From the NCBI GenBank assembly GCA_964106915.2, contig OZ066922.1: a stretch of 64,000 nucleotides of DNA; one strand, given 5' to 3'. The position numbers and the translations under genes were made by a program. This DNA is from Podarcis gaigeae (taxonomy: Eukaryota). This document shows, one piece after another, positions 1 to 12,162 of the stretch. A model generated the notes under the pieces. It ran no database searches, was not told where the DNA came from, and saw only the letters and a program-made list of their open reading frames with translations. Position 1 is the stretch's first letter. Each line of letters begins with the position of its first letter.

Positions 1-466
1 CCATCAAGCAGCTTTGGATCCCTTAGAAAACTGGTTGGGGGCGGAGAAATCCACAATGTTAGCAATACACATTGAGCCATTTCTCCCCCTTTTAAACCTT
101 CATTAATACACATACATTTCCCATTTCTGTGTCAATTAAATCAATATCCCTACTGCTGATCTCCCTGGCTCCTGCCCTGCCAGTCTGAAGAAGCACCAGC
201 CACTCCCCTGTGGCAGATGAGACTATAAATGGCCCCAATGACTAACAGACTATATCCTCCCTCCACTGTGAGAGGCAATATGTCTCCGTATAACAGTTGG
301 TGGGAATCAGAAGTGGGGACAGTGCTGTTTCTCTCGGTCTTGCTTACGGGCTTCCCGAAGGCATCTGCTTGGCTACTGTGAGAACTGGAGGTTGACCGAA
401 TCCATAGGGGTTCCCATTGGTTCTTACATACTGAATTAGCATGCATGCATGATGTCGATGACTAGA

Positions 467-1093
467 TGTCATGAACTGGCAAGATGATGGGGAGGAAGAA
501 GAGGATCCCAGCGAGGGGAGTAGCCGGGACTGGGACACACTGGGGCAAGCAGGGGGTGGAGAAGGAAGTACTTGCAGGGTGACAGAGGATGGCGAGGGAA
601 TGGGGGGTCAGTGCGCAGGAACCAGAGCAGCAGGACCCATCACCAGAGACAGAGGGGCCCCTGTCTCCACGAACAAGATGGCCTCTAAGGTATAGGGAGC
701 AGCAGAAGGCACGCTCTAGGAGGCTGAAGCAGGCAAGGGCCCACAGTCCAGCTCCCTGGTTGGCCAGGTGGGGCTCGCTAGCTCTGGGAGGAGGTGTGTG
801 ATTCCTCAGCTGGAGTAGACTTAGAACAGGTGAGGGTCACATGACCCATTAAGCCCAGATGCTGCAACCAGCATGCAAAAGGGAAGCAGAGCTGAGGTGC
901 CTTGTCTGTTCAACTGCCCATGTTGATGGGCATGGACTTGGTTGCTCCCAGATCTCTACAGGACTGTGCTTTGGGTTTTGGCTACTGGAATTGGTCTTGG
1001 ACTGCGTTTCCTGAACTTTGGACTTTTCTTGTGTGGATTGCCTTTGGGTTTCGTATAATGACTTGCTGCCAGTTAGGCTAGGGGTTCAGAACA
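467..1093 (+). mobile_element. Possible degenerate solo LTR
   Basis: TGTCATGAAC...GTTCAGAACA imperfect inverted termini; composition resembles the element at 24896; TSD only partial. Confidence 0.35.
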
Positions 1094-1554
1094 CTATTCT
1101 TTGCCTACTCTCTAAGAAAGGTTGGCTGCTGCAAGTCTTAAGTTTCAGCTTGTTTTACTCTCGCGCTGTTACAATAATAAATACGTGAGTACAACATGGT
1201 GTACCTGGAGAACATCAACTTGTTAAGTGACTAAGAAGGCTGTGTGAAATCTTTGTTTCCTTCTTTAGCTTGGGAACAGATATGGGCTGTAGTCTTTGGG
1301 TGGAGGAAATATTGGCTCTGTCTCGCTGAAAACATGAACTCCTTAAGGATGCAAGAACCCTTTCTAATTATGGAAGCCAGAAGCTGAGAGTCTGTGTTAA
1401 GTGGAAATGAGCATCTCAGACTTGGCACAAGTGATATGATTCAAAAGATACATGAGGAAATTTGTTGTTGTTTAAATGGGGCTGGGGAAGTAAGGGGGCA
1501 GGAGGGGGAGATGGGAGAAGAGAACGTTTGAGGAATGTTGCATTGAGTAAATAT

Positions 1555-1682
1555 NNNNNNNNNNNNNNNNNNNNNNNNNNNNNNNNNNNNNNNNNNNNNN
1601 NNNNNNNNNNNNNNNNNNNNNNNNNNNNNNNNNNNNNNNNNNNNNNNNNNNNNNNNNNNNNNNNNNNNNNNNNNNNNNNNNN
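1555..1682. other. Assembly gap (N run)
   Basis: 128 N. Confidence 1.
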
Positions 1683-1994
1683 TGCTGGGTGTTCCCCAGT
1701 CACTCTTGAAAAACAAAATTGTGGGCATGAAAAGGCGAATAGAAACTGACAATATATCCACACCCCCAAAAACACCAAAACAAATTGTCTGCAACCCACA
1801 GGGGGAAAGCATCAAGATTGATGTATTGACTGTGCCAGTTAGATAAGAATGTGAACATTTACAAACTGCAGTAAACCCTAGTGTGGACAAGCCCCCAGTT
1901 TATTTGGAGTTATCCCATCCATTTCTATGCCCAGGCCTTGATTCATGACATCCACAGTCTCACCCACATCTGATGGAAAAGAGAGAGAGGAGGA

Positions 1995-2230
1995 GTAAAG
2001 GTAAAGGTAAAGGGTCCCCTGACCATTAGGTCTAGTTGTGGACGACTGGGGTTGCAGCGCTCATCTCACTTTATTGGCCGAGGGAGCTGGCGTACGGCTT
2101 CTGGGTCATGTGGCCAGAATGACTAAGCCACTTCTGGCGAACCAGAGCAATGCACGAAAATGCTGTTTACCTTCCCGCTGGAGCAGTACCTATTTATCTA
2201 CTTGCACTGCGTTGCTTTCGAACTGCTAGG
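1995..2230 (-). mobile_element. Sauria SINE, 5'-truncated
   Basis: (AAAGGT)n tail and body shared with the other copies; GGAGGAGTA duplicated at the ends. Confidence 0.88.
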
Positions 2231-3545
2231 AGGAGTACTAGGTGACAAAGGGAGAAGAGAAGCTGGCAAGAAGCAGATGAAAAGAGACCTGAATAAGAAA
2301 ATTAATTATTATAGCTGTTAATTAACTGATTGCATCAAGTGCCTTTATGGGTAATAAATCCTCCTACATATAACACAAAAGGGACTTGAGGATTAAGGTC
2401 TTGTGACCTGCTGAAGAAATTTTTACAAATAGTTTACCATTGCTGCCATAATTTCCAATGGAATGAATTCCATTTTAGCCTTTGACATTTTCCGGTGTAT
2501 CTCTCTTGATCCAATGCTTCTGCATATAGAAATATGTCACCCAAACCTTACAGGATATGAAGTAAGAGCTTTGGATGTTTCTCACACAAGTCCTAATTTC
2601 CTATATTGTATCCCTAGGGTGGAAACTCACAAAGCAATAGTTAGTTCCTTCTCTAGTGCATTCATGTGACCAAGATAAGCAAATTTCTCAGCAAAAAAGA
2701 ATCCACTATTTCATATTTCTTCTTAAAAATGGGAATAGCTTGTGCTGAAGTATGAATCTGGTCATAAAACTGTGATTATAAAAAGGGTACCAGCCCTAAT
2801 TTACAGTACTTCGAATGGGAAGTCTAAATCCACTTTCCGTAGGTGCATCTCAGAAAGACCAGATTTCAAATAGTATTTCTCTGTGCAACTCTGCCCTGAG
2901 AGGCACATTTTAGACATTTTTTTTTAAAAAAGATTGTCCTGAATTTTAACTGATTTTATATCTACTACTTTTTGAATTTTTTATGTCGCTATGATAATTG
3001 CTTTTGTTTCTGATGTTTCTGATATGTTTTATATTTGTTGTTGTTTTTTGGTTCTCTTTTGTAGACTGCCTTGAAAATCTAGATTAATAAAATTATGTTC
3101 CAAAAAACAAAAAAACCATTTCTCTAAATAGCCTCTGGCCAATCCACAGTTTGTCTCAAGACAAAAATGTCTCAAAATGATTGCTGTTCAATCTAACCTA
3201 ACATAGGGGTTGACCTACCTTGACTCACATCCTTTCTGTTTTCCTTAACACACTGCTCTTTGCTGCAAGGCGGTAGGAAAAAGCTACTCTTCGTTGGATT
3301 TAAAAAATCCACAGTTTATGATCTTCTGAAAGTTTTCATCGATACTGAGGTCCACGCACACAGAAAGATACAGATTTTTGGAAGCATTCCATGTTATAGC
3401 AAACATCCCCGAGTCAACAAAAATTAACCATGCTGCTTTTGAACAACTGATATTCCAACCTTCAAGCGTTCATTTGACGACAAAAGTTCTCTATGGGTTC
3501 CGGACATGCTAAAGTGGTTCTTTGATGTATTTTCATCCCTTAGTT

Positions 3546-3681
3546 CAGTGTTTCCCAACCTTGGGCCTCCAGCTGTTTTTGGACTCCAACTCCCATCATC
3601 CCTAGCTAGCAAGACCAGTGGTCAGGGATGATGGGAATTGTAGTTCAAAAACAGCTGGAGGCCCAAGGTTGGGAAACACTG
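3546..3681. mobile_element. Near-palindromic hAT MITE
   Basis: Long TIR CAGTGTTTCCCAACCTTGGGCCTCCAGCTGTTTTTG; 8-bp TSD CCTTAGTT. Confidence 0.9.
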
Positions 3682-5291
3682 CCTTAGTTCATCACTTCAC
3701 CCATTGAAATCTATTTTTCTTCTCCTGGAAGTAAACATAACCTATGTTTCCCTGCACTTGGAAAGTCAAGTCTTGTTTTTCTGTGAAGGAATCCTTTTAG
3801 AATACTAAAAGAATCAGAGTCACTAAATTCAAATGATAAATATAGGACCTCATTTATAAGTTTCTTTCAGATGAACAAACGTTTACAATCTGGCAAATGA
3901 TTTGTTGGTTGCAAACAGCTTTGGTAATCTTTCATTCACACAAAGCAAATACTTGTAGCCTACAGAGAACTACAAACAGAACATATATTATAAGTGGAAG
4001 AATGTGTTCTACCTTGCCACTTCAGGTTTGTTGTTGGTTTTTTTAGCTGTAAAATTTTAGGCAGCTTTCCCCCCCCCCTTTCTGTTTGCTGGCCTCTGCT
4101 CCGCTCCTGAAACGTATGCCCCATTCCCACCTCCACCCTTTGATCTACTCCGGATCCCAGAATTTCTGGTTTCATGATCTGGCAGCCGTAGGATCCACCT
4201 GGAAACAACAGTTCCACATCCTTAGCACGACACCATGTTGTATTTGGGGTGGCGGGGGAGTTTCATAGCAAATTTTCCAGATTTTGTTGTGTCTGCAGGG
4301 ACCTTTCGAAGTTCTACTGCTATGTTCTACTCGCTGTTTTCAGCAACCTACCTGTTAAAGTTACCCTGACTCAGACCGCTGGAGTTCAAAATGATTGTGG
4401 TCAAAGAGCATCACACAGCACAGGATGACACCTTTAGAGCCAGCTCTCCAGCTGCTGCCCTTGGAAAAAAAGAGGCCTCCATCAGCTCTTATAAACTTGC
4501 TGAGGTTACCGAATTTTCACTCAACAGGACAGGAAACACCCATACCATCCCCTCCTCTTCCTGTGTTCAAATATCAATTCAAAGGCTTTGCTGTGGTTTG
4601 GGCAGCACTGGCTATTCTCAGTTTCTCAGGTTTCTCAGCTCTCCACATCTCCACATCGGTTTGCTTTTTAAAAAAAGTCCTCGTGAATATTCCTCAATAT
4701 TTTAGTGTGTTCTGATTTGGTGTGTCATTGCTCTAATATACATGTTTGTCTAAACCAACATATCCTAATACAGTACAGTGGATTTTTGAATGCTGCTTCC
4801 TCTTATATATGCATTTCTACACAGAATTTACATGTATGCATTCTTGGAGAACTGCACTGCAAAATTCAGAGAAGTGTGAATTTTGAAGGATGCTTGTGCT
4901 TCAGTTCTGATACTGTTTTGCAAAATGTAAAACAGGTGGATTTGCCTTTAAATGAGAACTAAATTCCGTCCCCTGCCCCGGTTTTGTATATTGTATTTCA
5001 AATTTCACAGGCAATTCAAGTACAAAAGTCATTCTGATTTTGTGAGTGTGAGAGAATGAGAGTAGCTTGCCAGGTTAAATCCTCATGTAACTTGTATTTG
5101 AGCTTTGTTGGGAAACAGAAATGTTCATTTGGGGGGGGGGTATTCTTAAATATTGATCTACATTTTCTGCTCGGATTTTTGGAACATACAGATATACTTG
5201 CTCTAGCCACAATGATACTGTAGATTGCTTCATAGAGGCCCCTTTTAATGCAGCAGCTTTTATCACATTTGAGGTGGTCCCAGGTAAATTT

Positions 5292-5648
5292 GGGATGCAG
5301 GTGGCACTGTGGGTTAAACCACAGAGCCTAGGACTTGCCGATCAGAAGGTTGGCGGTTCGAATCCCCGCGACGGGGTGAGCTCCCATTGCTCGGTCCATG
5401 CTCCTGCCAACCTAGCAGTTAGAAAGCACGTCAAAGTGCAAGTAGATAAATAGGTACTGCTCTGGCGGGAAGGTAAACGACGTTTCTGTGTGATGCTATG
5501 GTTCGCCAGAAGCAGCTTAGTCATGCTGGCCACATGACCCGAAAGCTGTACGCTGGCTCCCTTGGTCAATAAAGCGAGATGAGTGCTGCAACCCCAGAGT
5601 TGGTCACAACTGGACCTAATGGTCAGGGGTCCCTTTACCTTTACCTTA
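5292..5648 (+). mobile_element. Sauria SINE, full length
   Basis: tRNA-like head with B box GGTTCGAATCC, (ACCTTT)n tail, TSD CAGGTAAATTT. Confidence 0.92.
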
Positions 5649-5959
5649 CAGGTAAATTTATCTTAACCTGGTGATACTCTAGAGCTGTTAATCTCTTTAG
5701 TAACAGATCTGGATAGATTTCTACCTTTATCTCAGTATGGAGAAGTTAAATCAAATATTGTTTCTTTAAAAGATTGAAGACAGAATGCAGTACAAAGTCT
5801 GCAGTCAATATGTTTGCAATACTTCTCCCTGGGGTGAATAGTTAATAATGGTGTCCAGGAGAATGGGACTTGTTTTCTAATCAATGTTTTTGGTTTTGAA
5901 AAAGTACCCTTCCAACATTTCTTTCAGTATTAGTTGTTTTCAGTAGCTTCTCATTAAAG

Positions 5960-6440
5960 AGGAGGAGGAGAAGGGGAATCCAGGAAACAAAAGTGAAAGA
6001 GAAATATCTTCAGATAAGCAGAAGGGTTTAAGACTCCTTTGTCACAGGGTTTCTTTTATGCGTTGTGATATATTTATTAGACCTTGCCTGCTCACTGTGT
6101 GAAGGAGCCATTTGAATTGGTGCTCCCTTTAGGGAAATGAGAAAGAGGAGGGAAAGTCGTGTTTACAGAGAAAATGGTGCTTAATCTCTAGGAGTGACAG
6201 GGAAAGATTATGCAAGCTATAGATAACTCACCTTATCATAAAAAGTAAACATGCTGAACGTAATGTAAAATAAATACACATTTGTCATTTAAACACTTTC
6301 TGCATCAAAGTCCCTTGGAATCCCCAAAGACAGACATACAATTTTAAACTGCATCCTAATTATTCTAGTCAAGGGGTGCGTGTGTGTGTCACTTACTCAA
6401 TCAGGTGAATTTGTGTTTTCCTGGATGTTTTCCTGGTATT
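5960..6440. promoter_or_regulatory. Candidate distal upstream enhancer (GATA/FOX/TCF/CDX/ETS cluster)
   Basis: Motif cluster in repeat-free sequence ~8.7 kb upstream of the ATG. Confidence 0.45.
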
Positions 6441-6658
6441 TTCAGTGTGGTTAAAGCAGAACCTTAAAGATCTCAATCTTCAAAATACTTTTGTGGGTGT
6501 TTCTACAATGGAGTTGTGCACATGGGGTTGCCATGTGCAGTAAACTCTCATGCATTGAACAATCTTTGGATATGGTCTCCATACCCAGAGTTCAGCACAT
6601 ATAAGCTTGATCTGTGTGTGGAACTGTTTATAGTACAGACCCATACTACCATATCTAC

Positions 6659-6664
6659 GTGTGT

Positions 6665-6722
<58 letters not shown>
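6659..6722. repeat. (TG)n then (TA)n microsatellite
   Basis: Read directly from the sequence. Confidence 0.95.
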
Positions 6723-6772
6723 GCAGGTTTTGGTGTCCTCGGGTGTCTTCCCGTGTAAAAGTTGGGGTGTCT

Positions 6773-6814
6773 AGGCGACGTTTCGACGAGGTCTCACTCG
6801 TCATCTTCAGGCCT
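6773..6814 (-). ncRNA. Identical minimal hammerhead motif on the opposite strand
   Basis: Mirror copy that follows from the perfect palindrome. Predicted cut after 6777 on the minus strand. Confidence 0.7.
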
Positions 6815-6850
6815 GAAGATGACGAGTGAGACCTCGTCGAAACGTCGCCT
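6809..6850 (+). ncRNA. Minimal hammerhead ribozyme motif (PLE type)
   Basis: AGGC-CUGAAGA-U-GACGAG(UGAGAC)CUCGUC-GAAA-CG-UC^GCCU: intact core boxes, 6-bp helix II, 4-bp helix I, palindromic ACGU in place of helix III. Predicted cut after 6846. Confidence 0.7.
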
Positions 6851-6930
6851 AGACACCCCAACTTTTACACGGGAAGACACCCGAGGACACCAAAACCTGC
6901 ATTCCTGTACCCGTGAAAATCTACGAAAGC

Positions 6931-6958
<28 letters not shown>
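6931..6958. repeat. (AT)n microsatellite
   Basis: Read directly from the sequence. Confidence 0.95.
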
Positions 6959-6961
<3 letters not shown>

Positions 6962-7665
6962 TTAAACAAATACAAGAACCATGAAACACCTATCCACCAG
7001 CACATCTAATTGAGTTTGTCCTATTCATTGACATTAGACATAAATTTGCACATTCAACATTCAAACATATTACTTAATGTAACCTCTCCACTGAGAATAT
7101 TGAGTGGTTGGTATAGCAAGGTCTTGATTTGTGTCCTTAACAGGGTTCAAGTGTGCTGGCTTGTCCCTATGATTCAGCGGGTGGGAGGGGCTGGCACTGT
7201 GCAACGTGTGTAGCCGTGCATGCACAGTGTGCTGATGTCGGGTGATGAGAGCACAATGCATGGTGTGTGCAAATGATGCAAGCATGCTACGTAGTGCGCA
7301 CAGAGGGTGCACATGGTCACCACAATTTTTTGGGGGGGGCAGACCCCTCCTTGAATTTTTTGGGGGAGGCATGGTCCCCATCCCCCTAAATAGCGCCCCT
7401 GATGTAGTTAAAGTAAGAGGTCTATGTTTCTTGGAAATTGTCTCTATTTGTTATGGCTTTATTTGCCCTTCTGTGTCTGGTGAGAAGCTCAGACACCACT
7501 GTACCCCAGATACAATTTTCCCACATGTTCATTTCCACACAACCACCCACCTCTTATAAAGCGCCTACTGGTATTCCTTCCTGCAGACATTAGCACATGA
7601 GGAAAGAACACTAATGGTTGTTCCACCGTTATGCAACTCTTCTCCTGGAGATTCATGGGTTCATA

Positions 7666-8015
7666 AAGGTAAAGGGACCCCTGACCATTAGGTCCAGTCG
7701 TGACTGACTCTGGGTTCGCGGCGCTCATCTCACTTTATTGGCTGAGGAAGCCAGCGTACAGCTTCCGGGTCATGTGGCCAGCATGACTAAGCCACTTTTG
7801 GCAAACCAGAGCAGCGCATGGAGATGCCGTTTACCTTCCCACCGGAGCGGTACCTATATATCTACTTGCACTTTGACGTGCTTTTGAACTGCTAGGTTGG
7901 CAGGAGCTGGGACCGAGCAATGGGAGCTCACCCCGTCGTGGGGATTTGAACCACCCACCTTCTGATTGGCAAGTCCTAGGCTTTGTGGTTTAACCCACAG
8001 CGCCACCCGCATCCC
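7666..8015 (-). mobile_element. Sauria SINE, full length
   Basis: 13-bp TSD TCATGGGTTCATA. Confidence 0.92.
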
Positions 8016-8594
8016 TCATGGGTTCATACCTGACCATATATGCAGTAGCTGTCAGTGGGGCAGGGTAGGTGATACCTATATAAAATGGGTACCTTTGAGC
8101 ACTATGCACCTTGTGTTTAGGGGTTGTTGTTGTTGTTTTGAAGGAGGGGATTTGTAGTTCAACATAAGGCAAAAGAAAAAAGGGATGATTCTAAACATGT
8201 GCTAGATTTGCTGAGAGAAGATCATTTTATTTCCAGGCCACTGAAAACCCTAATTCAACTACTTTCAGTTTCTGGACCTCCCCCCCCTTTCCCCCCCTGG
8301 CTGCTGACCTTCCTATTTTAATGTGTTTTTTCCCATTTCAACTATGAAGGCTAAATGTCTGCTGTTTCAGGGGGGGGGGGGAGGAGGGAAACTAAAACAA
8401 GGCACAAGATGCTGAAAAAGTCTACCAGATGCTGTGCTATAAAGTGCAAGCGTATGATTTGTGACGTGCCCATAGTCCTAGACCTGCAGATTACAGCTAA
8501 TCCACTATCTGGCTGTCTTATCTTAAACCTCTACTTTCTGCTACTGCTCTCCCTCTATGTAAACACAATTAGGGTTTTGCAGATTATATAGTTA

Positions 8595-8595
<1 letters not shown>

Positions 8596-8633
<38 letters not shown>

Positions 8634-8635
8634 AT
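8596..8635. repeat. (TAAA)n microsatellite
   Basis: Read directly from the sequence. Confidence 0.95.
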
Positions 8636-9904
8636 GGTTTTTTAGTGTGTTTTTTTACTGCAGAGCTGGTGCGTGCTTGGCGTAGAGGACATCCTTGGAC
8701 CATACGCCATGTCTGGCCAACCTAATCATAATGGGCTTCCACCTATTGAGCTGTGCACATTGTACTTGGAAAGCAATAAATCAGTGTCAGTCTTCAAACA
8801 GTGGGTTTATTACAATTTCAGGGGATTTGTCATTTGCAGGCTAAGGAGTCGTGAGCATTAGGGTCTGCTGGGTGGTGGGAGACAGGCTTCTTCCACCAGA
8901 TATGCATCCTCGCCACAGCTAGCAGGCTGTGTCCGAGCTTTGTCTGGGATCCAGTTCTCACATACAATCGCTTGCATGATAACAGGTTTCCTTCTGCGAT
9001 ACAGTGGACGCTGGCCCGAGCTGTGTCTCCGCACATGCAAAAGCGTTTGTGTGCAAGAAAGCGCACAATTATAGCTCAGCCGTTGTGTGCCCAGATTGTA
9101 CACTCATTGAAGGTTATGAGTATGAGCTTGCAGCTCAATTACGTGTGTGCACAGGCACAAAGATCCCGCACTCACAGAATGTAATGTTGAACGACCCGAG
9201 TGGCGCTTGGGAAAATAAGGCAATGGGTGGAGGAAGTTTCACACAGAGGCATAGCATGGAGTGGGGGCTGCTGGCGCAATGGCCCCGGGAGCATTTTTGG
9301 GGAGGGGAAGCGCTGCTCGTACTGCCAGCCCTGTGCAGCCCTGTGAAGCTGGCATCTGACTAGATCCCTCACAAAGTAGTTTGAGGAGGGTAGTGTAAGA
9401 AGGATGCCATGCGCCCTTTGACCCCAACCTTGTCCTCGATGGGCTGGGATCAAAGGGCACATGGCTGTTGCGTGCTTCTCACGCCACCCTCCACGAGTTG
9501 CTTTGCAAGGCAGGGATCTGATTAGATCCCCACCTTGCAAAGGGGCTCAGGGCTGGTGTCTCTCTGGTGGCAATGGCAGCACTGAAGGATGGGCTGTGTT
9601 TGCCCTCTGCACCCGGCACCGTGCGCCCCCTCTGGTGCATGTGTGTGTGTGCCCCAGGCACTATGAAAACTCACTCCGCTGCTGGTTTCACATCTTACAC
9701 CGGGGTGAAGAACCTCAATCTGGGGTAGGTGGCTAATTCCTCTCTATCTGGCTCTCAGAAGTCTTCCCCTCTCGGTCCCTGCTTCACAGCTCAAGTGTTT
9801 TTACCTAGCTGGAATGTGTCCTTGAACTCTGACCCTGACCCTTGCTTCCCTGGATGGAGGAGAGGACAGAGAGGGGTGTGCAACTGTGTGTAGAAACTAA
9901 AACA

Positions 9905-10258
9905 GGGACATGGGTGGCATTGTGGTCTGAACCACTGAGGCTCTTGGGCTTGCCGATCGGAGGGTTGGTGGTTCGAAGTCCTGCGACGGTGTGAGCTCCT
10001 GTTCCTCTGTCCTAGCTCCTGCCAGCCTAGCAGTTTGAAAGCACACCAGTGCAAGTAGATAAATAGGTACCACCTTGGCGGGAAGGGAAATGGCATTTCC
10101 GTGTGCTCTGGCTTCTGTCTTGGTGTTCCGTTGCACCAGAAGCAGTTTAGTCATGCTGGCCACGTGACTTGGAAAGCTGTCTGCAGAGAAACGCCGGCTC
10201 CCTCGGCCTGAAAGCGAGATGAGTGCTTAACCCTCTAGGAGTCCTTTACCTTTTTACC
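9905..10258 (+). mobile_element. Sauria SINE, variant subfamily
   Basis: Same head and tail; internal insertions shared with the copy at 62389. Confidence 0.85.
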
Positions 10259-11920
10259 TAGAAATTATCCTACTGAAGAAAGGTAAAATGCCCATTTTTT
10301 TGCTCCCCCACTCCTTTTTTCCTCTGGTCTCACCCACCACTTGGAAGGCTGTCAAGAAGGGGATGTGGTCTTCTGGGTGGAAAAGGTCTCCCACCTCTGT
10401 GCTAATCCATTTCCATGAGAAGTTACTTTGCAGGAAAAGTCTGCCATGTGAGACTGCCTTCTTTACAGTTCAGGTACCTGCCACATCATTATTCACTTAT
10501 GTGAACGGACCTTAACTTTATTATCACTTGACCTGCCCAGCTTTCCCTAGCTATGACACAGACTTCACCTTTTGCCTGAGCCATGTCCTATTGGTGCCAA
10601 TGTTACTAGTCAGTGTGCCAAAAATTATTATGCAAATCAAGCGCCAGAGCTCAATTTCACAAGGGCAATGAAAATTTGCACATACGAATGGAGACTGAAA
10701 TAAAAATGTCCCTGGGTTGAAAAACAAGACCAGTCTGAAACTGTCGGATTCATTATTTTATTCCTAAAACATGAAAGCAAACTCATTTTTTTGGCCCGGA
10801 TATTTAGTTCGTTTGCATGGGAAGGGCACCATGAGCATCAAGCCCAAGGTGAAGGAACCAGAAATCCAATAAATGCCCGCCTGCTGAATAACCAGAGTAG
10901 TCTTGCGTGGTCTTTTTTGTTGAAATAACAATTTCTGGACATGTGACAGGTACAGGACGTTGTAGTGTTGACAGATCTGAAGCGCAGGTGGCAAGCTTCC
11001 CTGATGAAAAAGCCAACAGGTCAGGAAACATGTGGATCTAATGGGGAGGAAGTGAAAGGAGTGATTCCCAGCTCATTTTCCTGATGACAGGCCTGTTTAA
11101 AAAGAAGGCAAGGGGCACTGGAAAACGACTTTCACTGGTTCTGGACGTTACACAGTCATGATGAAACTTTAGTTCATTCATGTCTCGGCAGTGGTGGTCT
11201 AACCTCAGTTTTCTTCTGTGGTTTATTTCTTTCCTCTCCTTTCCTCTAAAAACCCCGTGAGCCACTGATACATGTTAAATTTACAAAGCAAGGGAGTATA
11301 CTCATGATCATTTAATTGATAAAGCATAAGTAATCACTATTAAGTGATCCTATATAATCTTAAGAGTACATAAGCGGCAAGACGCTTGGGGAAATGGCTA
11401 AATTTACCTCATACAGTGTAATCCTACACATGTTTACTCAGATGTAAGTCTTACTGTATTGAAAGGGGCTTACATTCAGGTCAGTGCATATAGAATTGTA
11501 GCCCCAGTTGCCCCATAGCAAACAAACTGCTATCACATCCAAAGGTTACTTGCTATTATGTGAAACCCACCAGCTATATTTCCATTTAATAAACCTGTTT
11601 ATCCATAGCAGTGCAGAAATAACATTCCCCAAACCTTTTTTAGGGCCCATTCCCTTGGGTTGCATAGATTTGTTTTTATTTTTTGCACAATCCTTCCAAG
11701 TCAAAATATTTTTGCTGGTTGGACCAGGGGGAAAAATAATTACATTATCTCCCTTGAATATTATCGCTGCAGGTTGCAAAGCAGCAGTGAAAATATGCAT
11801 ATCTATACTTTAACCTAAGAGCAGCACAGATGTAAATCCAGGTGGAAGATATGTCAGCAACCGGATAGCGTATGAATCAAACATGTTTCATGTTCTTTTG
11901 CAACACCACTTCTCCCTATA

Positions 11921-12162
11921 CAGCGGTACCTCGGGTTACATACGCTTCGGGTTACATATGCTTCAGGTTACAGACTCCGCTAACCCAGAAATAGTACCTC
12001 GGGTTAAGAACTTTGCTTCAGGATGAGAACAGAAATCATGCTCCGGCGGCGCAGCAGCAGCAGGAGGCCCCATTAGCTAAAGTGGTGCTTCAGGTTAAGA
12101 AGAGTTTCAGGTTAAGAACGGACCTCCGGAACGAATTAAGTACTTAACCCGAGGTACCACTG
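11921..12162 (+). mobile_element. Tc1/mariner (Tigger/pogo-like) MITE, family A
   Basis: TIR CAG(T/C)GGTACCTCGGGTTA, TA TSD. Confidence 0.88.

Larger units (their letters stand above)
6721..6930. mobile_element. Penelope-like retroelement terminal fragment in inverted (palindromic) configuration, inserted in (TA)n
   Basis: 182-bp perfect palindrome (6721-6902) plus a 28-nt unpaired tail ending GAAAATCTACGAAAGC. It carries the CTGAAGA...GAAACGTC motif typical of PLE pseudo-LTRs and is flanked by TA repeats. Confidence 0.8.

Noticed and set aside
3546-3681. Long hairpins that could be pre-miRNAs (also 48552-48687)
   Set aside because: Perfect 8-bp TSDs and shared internal sequence identify them as hAT MITEs.
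5292-5375. tRNA-like sequence with A and B boxes
   Set aside because: Head of a tRNA-derived SINE that continues into the SINE body; not a tRNA gene.
6655-6965. Two ORFs on opposite strands with identical N-termini (MGCLGDVSTRSH...)
   Set aside because: A direct consequence of the perfect palindrome; they run into microsatellites and show no coding signal.
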